Assembly (NCBI GenBank): GCA_013695855.1
Contig: JACCZR010000168.1
Span: 1-29,811, forward strand
From: Thermoleophilaceae bacterium
GTDB taxonomy: Bacteria > Actinomycetota > Thermoleophilia > Solirubrobacterales > Thermoleophilaceae
DNA: 29,811 nucleotides
Direction: 5' to 3'
Positions 15,868 through 25,732 of this stretch are shown piece after piece. The position numbers and the translations under genes were made by a program. Each line of letters starts with the position of its first letter. The first letter of the stretch is position 1. Under the pieces are notes generated by a model, which made no database searches, had not been told where the DNA came from, and saw nothing but the letters and a program-made list of their open reading frames with translations.

Positions 15868-17004
15868 TCAGTCAGGAGAGGCGATACGGGCGAGGGCCTG
15901 ATCGATTTCGTCGTCGGAGACGGTCAGCGGAGGAAGCAGGCGGATCGTGTCGGGCCCCGTGGCGTTCACCAGCAGGTGCTCTTCGAGGAGCAGGCGCCGT
16001 GCGACCTCCGGGGCGTCCTCGGCCGCAAAGGCCAGCATCAGCCCACGTCCCCGGACCTCCAGGCCCAGGTCGCGCAGGCCCGCCGCCAGCCGCTCGCCCT
16101 TGCGGGCCACCTCATCCATGAATCCCGGCTCGGTGACCACGTCGAGCACGACGTTGGCGGCCGCCGCCACCACGGGTCCGCCGGCGAAGGTCGACCCGTG
16201 GTCGCCGGGCTGCAGGACATCGGCGTGGACCGCCCCGGTCAGGCAGGCGCCGATCGCCAGACCGCCGCCAAGCCCCTTGGCCACAGTCATCACGTCGGGC
16301 CGCACACCCGCGGCCTGCCAGGCCCACAGGTCGCCCGTACGCCCCATCCCGCACTGGATCTCATCGAATATGAGCAACGCGCCGTGGCGGTCGCAGGCTT
16401 CGCGCGCTGCCTGCAGAACCTCGTCGGCCACCGGGAGGATTCCCGACTCGCCCTGGATCGGCTCGATCAGCACCGCGGCCGTCTGGTCATCCACGGGCAG
16501 CTCGGCGCCGTCCCGGGCCGCCGCGCGAAAGCCGGGGACCAGCGGAGCAAAGGGCGCCTGCTTGGCTTCCTGCGGGGTGGCGGACAGCGCTCCGAAGGTA
16601 CGGCCGTGAAAGCCCTTCTCCAGCACCACCACGTCGCCTTGGGGCTTGTGCTTGCGCGCAAGCTTCAACGCGCACTCCACCGCCTCGGCCCCCGAGTTGG
16701 TGAAGAAGGCCTTCCCGCCCAAGCCGAGCTCCGATAGCCGCGCGGCCAGCCTCATCCCTGGTTCGGAGTAGTACAGGTTGCTCACGTGCATGAGCCGTTC
16801 GGCCTGCTCGCAGACCGCGCTGACCAGCGCCGGGTGGCAGTGCCCGAGGGCCACCACCGAGACCCCGGCCAGGAAGTCGAGGTACTCGGTGCCTTCGGCA
16901 TCCCACAACCGCGTGCCCTTGCCGCGCACGAACTCCACCGGGTTGCGCAGGTAGGTCGGCATGACCGCTTCACGCTCCATCTCCTGAAGGTCGGCGAGTG
17001 TCAC
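15868..17004 (-). CDS. argD: Acetylornithine aminotransferase (class III PLP)
   Basis: YLDFLAGVSV, FTNSGAEAVE, FHGRT, EPIQGESG, FDEIQCGMGRTG, TVAKGLGGG, HGSTFAG. Located in the arg cluster. Confidence 0.94.
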   Translation of the reverse strand: MTLADLQEMEREAVMPTYLRNPVEFVRGKGTRLWDAEGTEYLDFLAGVSVVALGHCHPALVSAVCEQAERLMHVSNLYYSEPGMRLAARLSELGLGGKAFFTNSGAEAVECALKLARKHKPQGDVVVLEKGFHGRTFGALSATPQEAKQAPFAPLVPGFRAAARDGAELPVDDQTAAVLIEPIQGESGILPVADEVLQAAREACDRHGALLIFDEIQCGMGRTGDLWAWQAAGVRPDVMTVAKGLGGGLAIGACLTGAVHADVLQPGDHGSTFAGGPVVAAAANVVLDVVTEPGFMDEVARKGERLAAGLRDLGLEVRGRGLMLAFAAEDAPEVARRLLLEEHLLVNATGPDTIRLLPPLTVSDDEIDQALARIASPD

Positions 17005-17028
17005 GGCTCTAGCGCTCGCTCGGTTCGC

Positions 17029-17865
17029 TCACGGACACAGCTTCGTCCCGATCCCCTCGTCGGTGAACAGCTCGAGCAGCAGCGAGTGCTCCTCGCGGCC
17101 GTCGACTATGTGGGCGGCCGACACCCCCGCGGTCAACGCGGCGATGCAGGCCTCCAGCTTGGGCCGCATGCCGCCGGTGACCTGGTCGAGCCGCTCGCGC
17201 ACCTCGCTGACCGTGGTCTCCGAGATCAAGGAGCCGGGGTCGTCGGCCACCGCGCGCCAGCCCTCCACGTCGGTGAGGAAGAGGATCTTCTGCGCCCCCA
17301 GCGCTCCGGCGACCGCCGCCGCAGCGGCATCGGCGTTCACGTTGTAGGAGGTGCCCTGGGCGTCGGCCCCCACCGAGGCGATCACCGGGATGTAGTCCTC
17401 GGCTATGTGGTTGATCACGTCCACGTTGACCTGCTCGATCTCGCCCACGAAGCCGATGTCGGTCTCGCCGGCCAGCTGCTTGCGCACGCGGAACAGAAGC
17501 CCGTCGTCGCCGCTGAGGCCCACCGCCGGCTGGCCGTGGCGCCCCAGCCTGAGCACGATGTCCTTGTTCTGCTTGCCGAGCACCATCTTCGCCACCTCCA
17601 CGGTGGCCTCGTCGGATACCCGCAGGCCCTGCTCGAAGCGCACGTCCATGCCCAGGCGCTGCATGTAGTGGGTGATGTCGGGGCCGCCGCCGTGCACCAC
17701 CACGGGGTTCATGCCCACGTACTTGAGGAGCACTACGTCACGAGCGAACTCCTCCTTGAGGTGAGCGTCGGTCATGGCCGCGCCGCCGTACTTGATCACC
17801 ACGGTCTTACCGTGGAACTCGCGGATGTAGGGCAGGGCCTCGAGGAGGGTGGCGACGTCTCTCAC
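17029..17865 (-). CDS. argB: Acetylglutamate kinase
   Basis: VIKYGGAAM, VVVHGGGP, YNVNAD, LTDVEG, GGMRPKL, ELFTDEGIGT. Confidence 0.97.
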   Translation of the reverse strand: MRDVATLLEALPYIREFHGKTVVIKYGGAAMTDAHLKEEFARDVVLLKYVGMNPVVVHGGGPDITHYMQRLGMDVRFEQGLRVSDEATVEVAKMVLGKQNKDIVLRLGRHGQPAVGLSGDDGLLFRVRKQLAGETDIGFVGEIEQVNVDVINHIAEDYIPVIASVGADAQGTSYNVNADAAAAAVAGALGAQKILFLTDVEGWRAVADDPGSLISETTVSEVRERLDQVTGGMRPKLEACIAALTAGVSAAHIVDGREEHSLLLELFTDEGIGTKLCP

Positions 17866-19097
17866 GAGGTGTACTCCGCGTTGAAGCTGACGTACTCCTC
17901 TGAGAGATCGCTGAAGAACACCTCGGTCTCGCCTCCCTCTCCGGGCATGGTCAGCTCGTACTCGACCTCGGGGCCGCCGACCGCCCGCTCGAGGTCGGCG
18001 AGCTCCTCCGCCTCGAGGCCCACTGCGTCGCCGGCGGACACGAGCCGGCGGCCCTCGATGGTCAGGTCGGCTACGAACGGCTCGCCCTCCGGCCAGGCGG
18101 CGCCCGCCGCCTGCAGGATGCGCCCGAAGTTGGGGTCGGCCCCGTGGAGGGCGGTCTTGACCAGTGGAGAGTTGGCCACCGCGCGCGCCACGGGCTCCAC
18201 GGCACCGGGCGGCCCGTTGACCACCACGCGACCCACCCGCTCGGCGCCCTCGCCGTCTCCCACGATGTCGAGCGCGAGTTGGCGCATCACGGCGTCGAGC
18301 ACTTCGCCCAGCGCCAGCTCGTCATTGCTCTCCGGCCTCACGGATACGCCCGACTCGCCGCTTGCCAACGAGTAGACCGTGTCACTCGTCGACAACTGGC
18401 CGTCCACGGAGATCCGGTCGAAGGAGCGCCTTACGCACACCCCAGTGAGCAGGTCCAGCGTGTCCGCGGGGACGGCGGCGTCGGTCTGCACGAAGCAGAA
18501 CATCGTGGCGAACCGAGGCTGGATCATCGCCGCCCCCTTGGCCTGCGCGGCCAGCCGCACGGTTCCCGAGGGCAGCTCGACCTCGAGGCACACGTGCTTG
18601 GGCCCGCTGTCGCTGGTGAGGATCGCCTGCGAGAAGGCGCCGGCCTCGCGGCCGAGCCGCCCGCAGGCCTCGCGCGCGCCAGCAACCACACGGTCGCGCC
18701 ACAGCTCGACGCCAATCACGCCCGTCGAGGCAAGGCCGACCTGCGCCGGCTCGAGCGAGAGCTCGTCGGCCGCGGCGGCCTGCACGGCAAGCGCCGTCTC
18801 GTAGCCACGCTGTCCGTCTCCGGTATTGGACCCTCCCGAGTTCGCCACGACCCCGCGCAGGCGGTTCAGATACGCGCCGCGCGAGACGATGACGGGCGCG
18901 CCCACCCGGGCGTTGGTGGTAAAGCGAGCCGCGGAGGTGGTGTCCGCGGCGTCGGAGACCAGCACGCCGACGTCGAGCCCGGAGGGCTTGAGGCCCGCGC
19001 ACACGCCCGCGGCCCGGAAGCCCTCGGGCAGCGCGGTGGGCTCGAGCTCGCGCGCGTGCGCCGGCGCCTGCACCCACCGGGAGCGGAAGAAGCTCAC
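17862..19097 (-). CDS. argJ: Ornithine acetyltransferase / N-acetylglutamate synthase
   Basis: GFRAAGV, FTTN, NSGGSN, STGVIG, AKGAAMIQPRFATM, DGEGA, NAEYTS. The GTG at 19097 overlaps the argC stop (GTGA). Confidence 0.95.
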   Translation of the reverse strand: MSFFRSRWVQAPAHARELEPTALPEGFRAAGVCAGLKPSGLDVGVLVSDAADTTSAARFTTNARVGAPVIVSRGAYLNRLRGVVANSGGSNTGDGQRGYETALAVQAAAADELSLEPAQVGLASTGVIGVELWRDRVVAGAREACGRLGREAGAFSQAILTSDSGPKHVCLEVELPSGTVRLAAQAKGAAMIQPRFATMFCFVQTDAAVPADTLDLLTGVCVRRSFDRISVDGQLSTSDTVYSLASGESGVSVRPESNDELALGEVLDAVMRQLALDIVGDGEGAERVGRVVVNGPPGAVEPVARAVANSPLVKTALHGADPNFGRILQAAGAAWPEGEPFVADLTIEGRRLVSAGDAVGLEAEELADLERAVGGPEVEYELTMPGEGGETEVFFSDLSEEYVSFNAEYTS

Positions 19098-20074
19098 TCG
19101 AGCCCCTCCTGCTCGGGGAGTCCGAGCATCAGGTTGAGGTCCTGCACCGCCTGCCCCGCCGCGCCCTTCCAGAGGTTGTCGATGGCCGCGAAGGCCAGCA
19201 CCCGGCCCCCCTCGTCCAGCGTCGCGTGCACGCGTGCGCGGTTGGTGGCGCGCACGTCGCCCGTGCGCGGCGGGTCGGCGATCACGTCCACGAAGTGCTC
19301 GTCGCGGTAGGCGTCCTCGAACAGAGCCTGCACGTCTTCCCGGCTGGGTTCGCCGTCGGCGGTCACATAGCAGCTGGCCATCAGGCCCTGGTCGATGGGC
19401 AGCAGGTGCGGCACGAATGAGAGGCGGATGCCGTCGGGCAGCTCCTGCTGAAGCTCGGCCACGTGGCGATGGCCCTCGGTCTTGTAGGGGTTGACGTTGT
19501 CGGCCACGCTCACGAAGTGGGTATCCGAGGTGGCCTCGCGCCCGGCGCCCGAGACACCCGTCTTGATGTCCACCACGGCGTCGCGCGCGATGTCGCGCAG
19601 CGGCCACAGGGCCAGCAGGGCGGCGGTGGAGTTGCAGCCCGGCCCGGCTACCAGCTCGGCGCCGCGGATCTCCTCGCGGTGGCCCAGCTCCGGGAGCCCG
19701 TAGACGGCCTCGCCCAGCAGCTCGGGCGCCTCGTGGGGCTGATACCAGCGCTCGTAGGCCTCCTGACTCAGGCGGAAGTCTGCCGAGAGGTCCACCACCT
19801 TCAGCCCGCGCTCGCGCAGGTCGCGCACCGCCTGAGCGGCGGCGCGGTGCGGATAGGCCACCAGCGCGGCGTCGGCACGCTCGGCGATCCGGTCGGCGTC
19901 GGGCTCCTCCAGCGTGAGCGGAACCGCGTAGCGCGGGTAGACCTCGTCGTGTCGGCGCCCCGCATCGGAGCGCGCGGTCACCGCGGTGAGCTCCAGCGAG
20001 GGATGGCCGTGGACTATGCCGGCGCACAGCGCCCCGCCGAAGCCACCCGCTCCTACGACCGCGACACTAAGCAC
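19094..20074 (-). CDS. argC: N-acetyl-gamma-glutamyl-phosphate reductase
   Basis: VAVVGAGGFGG Rossmann fold, VDLSADFRL, VYGLPE, PGC catalytic Cys, SGAGR, IDNLWKGAAGQAVQ. The GTG at 20074 overlaps the pheT end by 8 nt. Confidence 0.95.
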   Translation of the reverse strand: MLSVAVVGAGGFGGALCAGIVHGHPSLELTAVTARSDAGRRHDEVYPRYAVPLTLEEPDADRIAERADAALVAYPHRAAAQAVRDLRERGLKVVDLSADFRLSQEAYERWYQPHEAPELLGEAVYGLPELGHREEIRGAELVAGPGCNSTAALLALWPLRDIARDAVVDIKTGVSGAGREATSDTHFVSVADNVNPYKTEGHRHVAELQQELPDGIRLSFVPHLLPIDQGLMASCYVTADGEPSREDVQALFEDAYRDEHFVDVIADPPRTGDVRATNRARVHATLDEGGRVLAFAAIDNLWKGAAGQAVQDLNLMLGLPEQEGLE

Positions 20075-22559
20075 GAAGCTTGCCCCCGATCTGCACGAGC
20101 GCGGCCTCGATGGCGGAGCGGTGCCCGGCGACCTCGTCGTCGGTGAGCGTGCGGTCGGGCGCGCGGAACTCGAGCCGCAGGGCCAGCGACTTGTGACCCT
20201 CTCCCAACTGCTCGCCGTGGAAGAGGTCGAACACCCCGGCGGCGCGCAGCAGCTCGCCGCCGCCCTGGAAGACGACCTCCTGCACGCGGCTGGCCGGCAC
20301 GCCATCGGGAACCACCACCGCTATGTCCTGAAGGACGGCGGGGAAGCTGGTCAAGTCGCGGAAGCCGGCCTCGGCCTCCTCGGCCAGGACGGCCAGGACG
20401 TCCACGTCGAGCTCGAAGGCCGCGGCGGGGCGCTCCCCGAGCTCCCAGTCACGTGCCACCAGCGGATGCAGCTCGCCGAGCCAGCCGATCTCGCGGTCGC
20501 TCGCCAGGATCGCGGCCGTGCGCCCGGGGTGCAGGTAGGGACGAAGCGCCGGCTCGGCTCGCCACTCCACGCCTGCCGCGGCCAGCACCGACTCGAGCAC
20601 TGCGCGCACGGCGAAGAAGTCGGTCCGGACGGGCAGCGAGCGCCAGCCGCCCTCGATGGTGCCCACCATCAGCGCCCCGAGGTGGTGATGCTCGTCGGAG
20701 GGTCGGGTGCCTCGCGGAGAAGTCTGGGGGCCGGCGCCCGACATGGGAGGCGGCACCGCCGAGGGGCGGTACACGTGAGCAGATTCGAACAGCGCCAGAT
20801 CGGCGCGATCGTGTGCTGCGTTGTGGCGCGCCGCGTCGAGCAGGCCGGGCAGGAGCAGCGGACGCATCACGCTCTGGTCGGTGCTCAGCGGGTTGGCAAT
20901 CGCGAGTGCAGGGTCGCTGTCGCCCAGGCGCAGCCGATCGAGCGCCGTCGGCGCGATGAAGCTGTAGGAGAGGGCCTCCGACAACCCGCGGTCGCGCAGG
21001 GCGTCCTCCAGGCGCCGGCGCAGGCCGGCGTGCCCGGTCAGGCCGCCTACGGCCTCTCGGCGCGCGGGCAACGTGGTGGGCAGTCGATCGAGGCCGTGCA
21101 CGCGCGCCACCTCCTCGATCAGGTCTGCCTCGCGCTGGACGTCGGAGTCGCGCCAGGCCGGCACCTCGTAGGTCCATTCCTCGAGCGCCACGTCGTGATG
21201 GCGACCCATCAGCAGACTGTCCGCGGAGACCTCCGACTCGACCTCGAAGCCGAGCCGGTCGAGGATCCCTGCTGTCTCATCGCCGGGGATCTCCTCGCCG
21301 AGCAGGCCGGCCATGCGAACCGGGCGCAGCGTCACGTGGCGGGCCGCGGAGGGCCGCGGGTACTCATCGATCGTCCCCCCCGCCATCCGCGCGCCGCACA
21401 GCTCCACCATCAGCCGGGCCGCCAGCCTCTGGGCGCCGATCGCCTGCTCGGGATGCAGCTGCTTCTCGAAGCGCCCCGAAGCCTCGGTGCGAAGCGGCAG
21501 CCGCTTCGAGGTGCGCAGGATGTTCGAGCCCACCCAGGTGGCCGCCTCCATCAGCACGCGCGTCGTGCCCTCTGAGACCTCGGAGACCTGCCCGCCCATG
21601 ATTCCGGCGATCCCGCTTGGTCCCTCGGCGTCGCACACCAGGGCCGTCTCGGGGTCGAAGGCGCGCTCGGCGTCGTCGAGCGTGACCATCGTCTCCCCCG
21701 GCTTTGCCCGGCGGACGACGATGCGACCGCCGCGCACCTTGTCGAGGTCGAAGGCGTGCAACGGCTGGGCGGTGGCGAGCATCACGTAGTTGGTGATGTC
21801 GACGACGTTGGAGATCGGCCGCTGGCCCGCGGCCATCAGGCGCTGCTTGAGCCAGGGCGGCGACTCACCCATCTGGACGCCTTCGAACACTCGCGCCGTG
21901 AAGCGCAGGCAGATCTCCGGGTCGACGATCTCGACGCTGACGTCCTCGATGGCTCCACCCTCGGGCTCGATGTCGCCCGCCGTGGGGTCCTCGGCCAGCG
22001 GGGCGCCGGTCAGAGCATGCACATCGCGGGCAACCCCGTAGACACCCAGGGCATCCGGCCGGTTGGGGTTGACCTCGAGCTCGAGCACCTCGTCGACGAT
22101 CGGCAGGTGCTCGGCCAGCGGCGTCCCGGGGGCCAGCTCGCCGGGCAGGACCATGATCCCGGCGTGATCTTCGCCGATCCCGAGCTCGTCCTCGGCGAGG
22201 ATCATGCCGCTGGAGCGCACGCCCCTGAGCTCGGCCTCGCCCAGCTTGGTGCCGTCGGGCATCACCGCCCCCGGCCGCGCCACCGCGACCGTCTGGCCGG
22301 CGGCCACATTGGGCGCGCCGCAAACGATCGTGCGGGGCTCGGCTGAGCCGTCGTCCACGCTGCAGACGCTGAGGCGATCGGCGTCGGGGTGCTTGCCGGC
22401 GTCCAGCACCCGCCCGACCACGAAGCCCGCGGGATCCCCCACGCCCACGCGGTCGATGCGCGCGACCTCCAGACCGGCCCCGGTGATCAGTTCGGCCAGC
22501 TCGCCGGTCGACAGGCCCGGGTCGCAGTACGAGCGCAGCCAGCTCAGCGGGACCCTCAT
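20067..22559 (-). CDS. pheT: Phenylalanine--tRNA ligase beta subunit
   Basis: MRVPLSWL, HPDADRL, IVCGAPNV, LRGVRSSGM, NRPD, ISNVVDITNYV, LRTEASGRFEK, DLIEEVAR and FDX-ACB C-terminus. The ATG at 22559 overlaps the pheS stop. Confidence 0.97.
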   Translation of the reverse strand: MRVPLSWLRSYCDPGLSTGELAELITGAGLEVARIDRVGVGDPAGFVVGRVLDAGKHPDADRLSVCSVDDGSAEPRTIVCGAPNVAAGQTVAVARPGAVMPDGTKLGEAELRGVRSSGMILAEDELGIGEDHAGIMVLPGELAPGTPLAEHLPIVDEVLELEVNPNRPDALGVYGVARDVHALTGAPLAEDPTAGDIEPEGGAIEDVSVEIVDPEICLRFTARVFEGVQMGESPPWLKQRLMAAGQRPISNVVDITNYVMLATAQPLHAFDLDKVRGGRIVVRRAKPGETMVTLDDAERAFDPETALVCDAEGPSGIAGIMGGQVSEVSEGTTRVLMEAATWVGSNILRTSKRLPLRTEASGRFEKQLHPEQAIGAQRLAARLMVELCGARMAGGTIDEYPRPSAARHVTLRPVRMAGLLGEEIPGDETAGILDRLGFEVESEVSADSLLMGRHHDVALEEWTYEVPAWRDSDVQREADLIEEVARVHGLDRLPTTLPARREAVGGLTGHAGLRRRLEDALRDRGLSEALSYSFIAPTALDRLRLGDSDPALAIANPLSTDQSVMRPLLLPGLLDAARHNAAHDRADLALFESAHVYRPSAVPPPMSGAGPQTSPRGTRPSDEHHHLGALMVGTIEGGWRSLPVRTDFFAVRAVLESVLAAAGVEWRAEPALRPYLHPGRTAAILASDREIGWLGELHPLVARDWELGERPAAAFELDVDVLAVLAEEAEAGFRDLTSFPAVLQDIAVVVPDGVPASRVQEVVFQGGGELLRAAGVFDLFHGEQLGEGHKSLALRLEFRAPDRTLTDDEVAGHRSAIEAALVQIGGKLRA

Positions 22560-23620
22560 GACCCGAACTGCTCCAGGAAGCGAATGTCGTTCTCGAACAT
22601 CAGGCGCAGGTCGGGCACGCCGTGCTTGAGCATCGCGATGCGGTCGATCCCCATGCCGAAGGCGAAGCCCTGCACGCGCTCGGGGTCGTAACCGCTGTCG
22701 GTCACGAAGCCCAACACGTTGGGGTCCACCATGCCCGCGCCCAGGATCTCGATCCAGGCCGTGCCCTTGCACAGCCCACAGCGCGACCCGTCCGCCAGGT
22801 AGCCCCTCGCCTCGCAGGCAAAGCAGGACACGTCGACCTCCACGCTGGGCTCGGTGAAGGGGAAGTAGCCCGAGCGCAGGCGCACCTCGCGCTCGGGGCC
22901 GAACATCGCCCGTGCGAAGGAGAGCAGCACGCCCCGGAGGTCGGCCAGCGTGATGTCCTCGTCGATGGCGAGACCCTCGAGCTGGTGGAACATCGGCGTG
23001 TGAGTGGCGTCGGAGTCGCGCCGGTACACACGTCCGGGCACGACGATGTAGATCGGCGGCTCCTGGGCCTCCATCGAGCGCACCTGCATGGGCGAGGTGT
23101 GCGTGCGCAGCAGCACCTCCTCCGAGAGATAGAAGGTGTCCTGCAGCATCCGCGCCGGGTGGTCGGGCGGGTGGTTGAGCGCGGTGAAGTTGTAGTAGTC
23201 GAACTCCACCTCGGGGCCCTCGACCACCTTGAATCCCAGCCCCACGAAGATGTCCTCCATCTCCCGTCGGGTCTGGGTGACCAGGTGCAGGTGGCCGGCG
23301 GGGCGAGGCGGGTCGCCGGGGAGCGTCACGTCCACCGTGTCCTCGGCCAGCCCGCGCTCGAGCTCGTAGCCCTCCAGCGCCTCGGAGCGTTTGGCCAGCT
23401 TCGCCTCGAGCGCCTGCTTGACCACGTTGGCGGCCTTGCCCACGGGGCCGCGCTGGTCGGGCGCCAGCTCGCCGATCGAGCGCAGCGTCTGGGTCAGCTC
23501 GGCGCGGCGCCCGGTGTAGAGCACCCGCAACTCCTCCAGCTCCGCGGCCGTGCCCGCATTGGCGATCGCCGCCTCGGCCTCGGCGCGGATCCCCTCGAGG
23601 CGAGCTGGCACGTCAGCCAC
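22556..23620 (-). CDS. pheS: Phenylalanine--tRNA ligase alpha subunit
   Basis: LLRTHTSPMQ, PGRVYRRDSDATHTPMFHQ, YFPFTEPS, GFAFGMGIDR. Start GTG at 23620, overlapping the methyltransferase stop. Confidence 0.97.
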   Translation of the reverse strand: MADVPARLEGIRAEAEAAIANAGTAAELEELRVLYTGRRAELTQTLRSIGELAPDQRGPVGKAANVVKQALEAKLAKRSEALEGYELERGLAEDTVDVTLPGDPPRPAGHLHLVTQTRREMEDIFVGLGFKVVEGPEVEFDYYNFTALNHPPDHPARMLQDTFYLSEEVLLRTHTSPMQVRSMEAQEPPIYIVVPGRVYRRDSDATHTPMFHQLEGLAIDEDITLADLRGVLLSFARAMFGPEREVRLRSGYFPFTEPSVEVDVSCFACEARGYLADGSRCGLCKGTAWIEILGAGMVDPNVLGFVTDSGYDPERVQGFAFGMGIDRIAMLKHGVPDLRLMFENDIRFLEQFGS

Positions 23621-24344
23621 GGTCGGCCATCCTACGGAGGGGCGCAGCCCCAGCGTTGGTCGGGCGAGCACCGCACGTCCGAAGCTCGTACAGGCCGATG
23701 GCCGCGGCGGCGGCCACGTTCAGCGACTCCGGGCCGCCCTCGCGAAGGGGGATTCGCGCGGTGACGTCCGCGTTCGCGAGCACGTCATCGGGCAGGCCCT
23801 CGCGCTCGCCGCCCAGGCACAGCACCGCGGGCCGCGGCACGTCGCCGCAAGGATGCGAGGCGCGCGAGTCCAGCGCCACCCGCGTACCGCCCAGTTCCCC
23901 GAAGCCCGCCCGGGCAGGTGGGCGGGCGAAGATCGAGCCCATGCTCGCCCGGACCGCCTTGGGCGAGAACGGATCGGCGCACTCCGGGCCGAGCGTCACC
24001 GGGCCGTCGCAGAGGGCGTGCGCGGTGCGGATGACGGTGCCCACGTTGCCTGGGTCATGGACCCCGTGCAGGTAGAGCGAGAGCTCGCCCCCGAGCCCCG
24101 AGAAGCGCCGACGGTAGATGCCCAGCACGCGGGTGCCCGAGCCGAGCGAGCTGACCTCGTCGAGCAGCGGCGGGTCCACGTCCTCGCCAGACACGAGGAG
24201 GACCTCGGGCTCCCAGCCCGCCCGCTCGGCGGCCTCGACCAGGTCCTCTCCCTCGGCCGTGAACAGGTCGAGCTTCTCGCGCCAGCGGCGGTCGGCCAGC
24301 TTGCGGATGGTCTTGAGGTGTTGGTTGTCGGGAGACGAGATCAT
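23613..24344 (-). CDS. SpoU/TrmH-family RNA 2'-O-methyltransferase (TsnR/RlmB-like)
   Basis: DPGNVGTVIRTA, PKAVRASMGS, LGGEREGL, ESLNVAAAAAI. Conserved position between rplT and pheS. Confidence 0.92.
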   Translation of the reverse strand: MISSPDNQHLKTIRKLADRRWREKLDLFTAEGEDLVEAAERAGWEPEVLLVSGEDVDPPLLDEVSSLGSGTRVLGIYRRRFSGLGGELSLYLHGVHDPGNVGTVIRTAHALCDGPVTLGPECADPFSPKAVRASMGSIFARPPARAGFGELGGTRVALDSRASHPCGDVPRPAVLCLGGEREGLPDDVLANADVTARIPLREGGPESLNVAAAAAIGLYELRTCGARPTNAGAAPLRRMADRG

Positions 24345-24358
24345 GGGGCCTCAGAACG

Positions 24359-24383
24359 AAAAAGGGCGCCTCGCTGGGCGCCC
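24359..24383 (-). terminator. Rho-independent terminator after rplT
   Basis: Minus strand GGGCGCC-CAGCGA-GGCGCCC followed by TTTTT. Confidence 0.85.
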
Positions 24384-24410
24384 CGGTCGGTCCTGCGGTG
24401 GCCTGTTCGT

Positions 24411-24770
24411 TCAGGCAGCCGCAGCCTCCCGGGCGCGCTCGGCAAAACGTCGGAAGGTCTCGGGGTCGCGGACGGCGATGTCGGCCAGCACTTTGCGGTC
24501 GAGTTCGACCCCGGCAACCTTGAGCCCGTGCATGAACGTCCCGTAGGTCATGCCCTCCTGGCGCGCGGCCGCATTTATCCGCTGGATCCACAGGCGGCGA
24601 AAGTCGCGCTTGCGATTGCGGCGATCGCGGTAGGCATAGCCGTCGGCCTTGAGCAGGGCCTCCTTGGCGCGCTTGTAGGAAGAGTGGGACTGGCCGCGGT
24701 AGCCCTTGGCCCGCGCGAGCGTGGCCCGGCGCTTCTTGCGCGCGTGTACGGAGCGCTTGACGCGGCTCAT
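24411..24770 (-). CDS. rplT: 50S ribosomal protein L20
   Basis: MSRVKR...AKGYRG...YAYRDRRNRKRDFRRLWIQRINAAAR...LDRKVLADIAV. Confidence 0.98.
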   Translation of the reverse strand: MSRVKRSVHARKKRRATLARAKGYRGQSHSSYKRAKEALLKADGYAYRDRRNRKRDFRRLWIQRINAAARQEGMTYGTFMHGLKVAGVELDRKVLADIAVRDPETFRRFAERAREAAAA

Positions 24771-24961
24771 TTGCCGATCAGCCTCTTGACCCGCTGAGCG
24801 TCACTGCCCTCGACCTTCAGCGACCGCCCCAGCCGGCGCTTGCGCTTGGGGCGCTTGGTCTGGAGGTTGTGGCTCGTGAAGGCGTGCCGCCCGCGGATCT
24901 TGCCGCGGCCGGTCTGCTTGAAGCGCTTCTTCGCCCCCGAGTGGGACTTCATCTTGGGCAT
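24767..24961 (-). CDS. rpmI: 50S ribosomal protein L35
   Basis: MPKMKSHSGAKKRFKQTG...; ATG at 24961; the stop overlaps the rplT start. Confidence 0.97.
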   Translation of the reverse strand: MPKMKSHSGAKKRFKQTGRGKIRGRHAFTSHNLQTKRPKRKRRLGRSLKVEGSDAQRVKRLIGK

Positions 24962-24986
24962 GGACCGGGGAAGGTTAGCGGCGGGC

Positions 24987-25583
24987 CTACGCAGCGCCGT
25001 CGGCGGAGTCGCCGTCGGGCGATTCATCTGCCGTCTGCTTCTTGGTCGGCGAGAGCAGCATCGTCATGTTGCGTCCGTCCTGCTGCGGGCGCTGCTCGAT
25101 CGTCCCGATCTCGGCGACGTCCTCCGCCAAGCGCATCAGCAGGCGCTCGCCGCGCTCGGGGTGAGTCTGCTCACGACCGCGAAACATGATCGTGACCTTC
25201 ACCCGATCGTCGCCATTGAGGAAGCGGACCACGTGGTTGCGCTTGGTCTCGTAGTCGTTGTCCGCGATCTTGGGTCGCAGCTTGATCTCGCGGACGTTGA
25301 CCTGCTTCTGATGGCGGCGAGCCTGCTTGGCCTTCTGCTCTTGCTCGTACTTGTACTTCGAGTAGTCGAGCACCCTGCAGACCGGCGGCCGGGCCTCGGC
25401 CGCCACCTCGACCAAGTCCAGGTCGCGCTCCTGAGCGTAGCTCAGCGCCTGCTCGGTGGGGACCACCCCGACCTGGTTTCCGTCCTCGCCGATCAGGCGA
25501 ACCTGAGGCACGCGAATACGGTCGTTGATGCGGGTCTCATCGCGCTCCGGCGGCCGCCGGTCGAACCTGCGCGGAATCGGCAC
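24987..25583 (-). CDS. infC: Translation initiation factor IF-3
   Basis: [56 protein letters not shown]. Start GTG at 25583 or ATT at 25577. Confidence 0.97.
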   Translation of the reverse strand: MPIPRRFDRRPPERDETRINDRIRVPQVRLIGEDGNQVGVVPTEQALSYAQERDLDLVEVAAEARPPVCRVLDYSKYKYEQEQKAKQARRHQKQVNVREIKLRPKIADNDYETKRNHVVRFLNGDDRVKVTIMFRGREQTHPERGERLLMRLAEDVAEIGTIEQRPQQDGRNMTMLLSPTKKQTADESPDGDSADGAA

Positions 25584-25698
25584 TAAACGAGGATCCGGCT
25601 AGGAGGCAAAAGTGGTGAAGACGGGAGAAACGGTAGAGCGCACGGGCGCGTCAGGAGCGGCGCAAGATGTGGGTGCCCTTCATCAGTCGCCGAGTATA
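25584..25698 (-). promoter_or_regulatory. infC promoter (-10 TATACT at 25698-25693) and ~100-nt 5' leader, candidate L20 autoregulatory leader
   Basis: TATACT on the minus strand. The leader begins ...GAAGGGCACCCACATCTT..., contains a pyrimidine tract and has no SD before infC. Confidence 0.5.
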
Positions 25699-25732
25699 GC
25701 GCCGGTCCGCAGCCCTACCACCGGCTTCCCGC

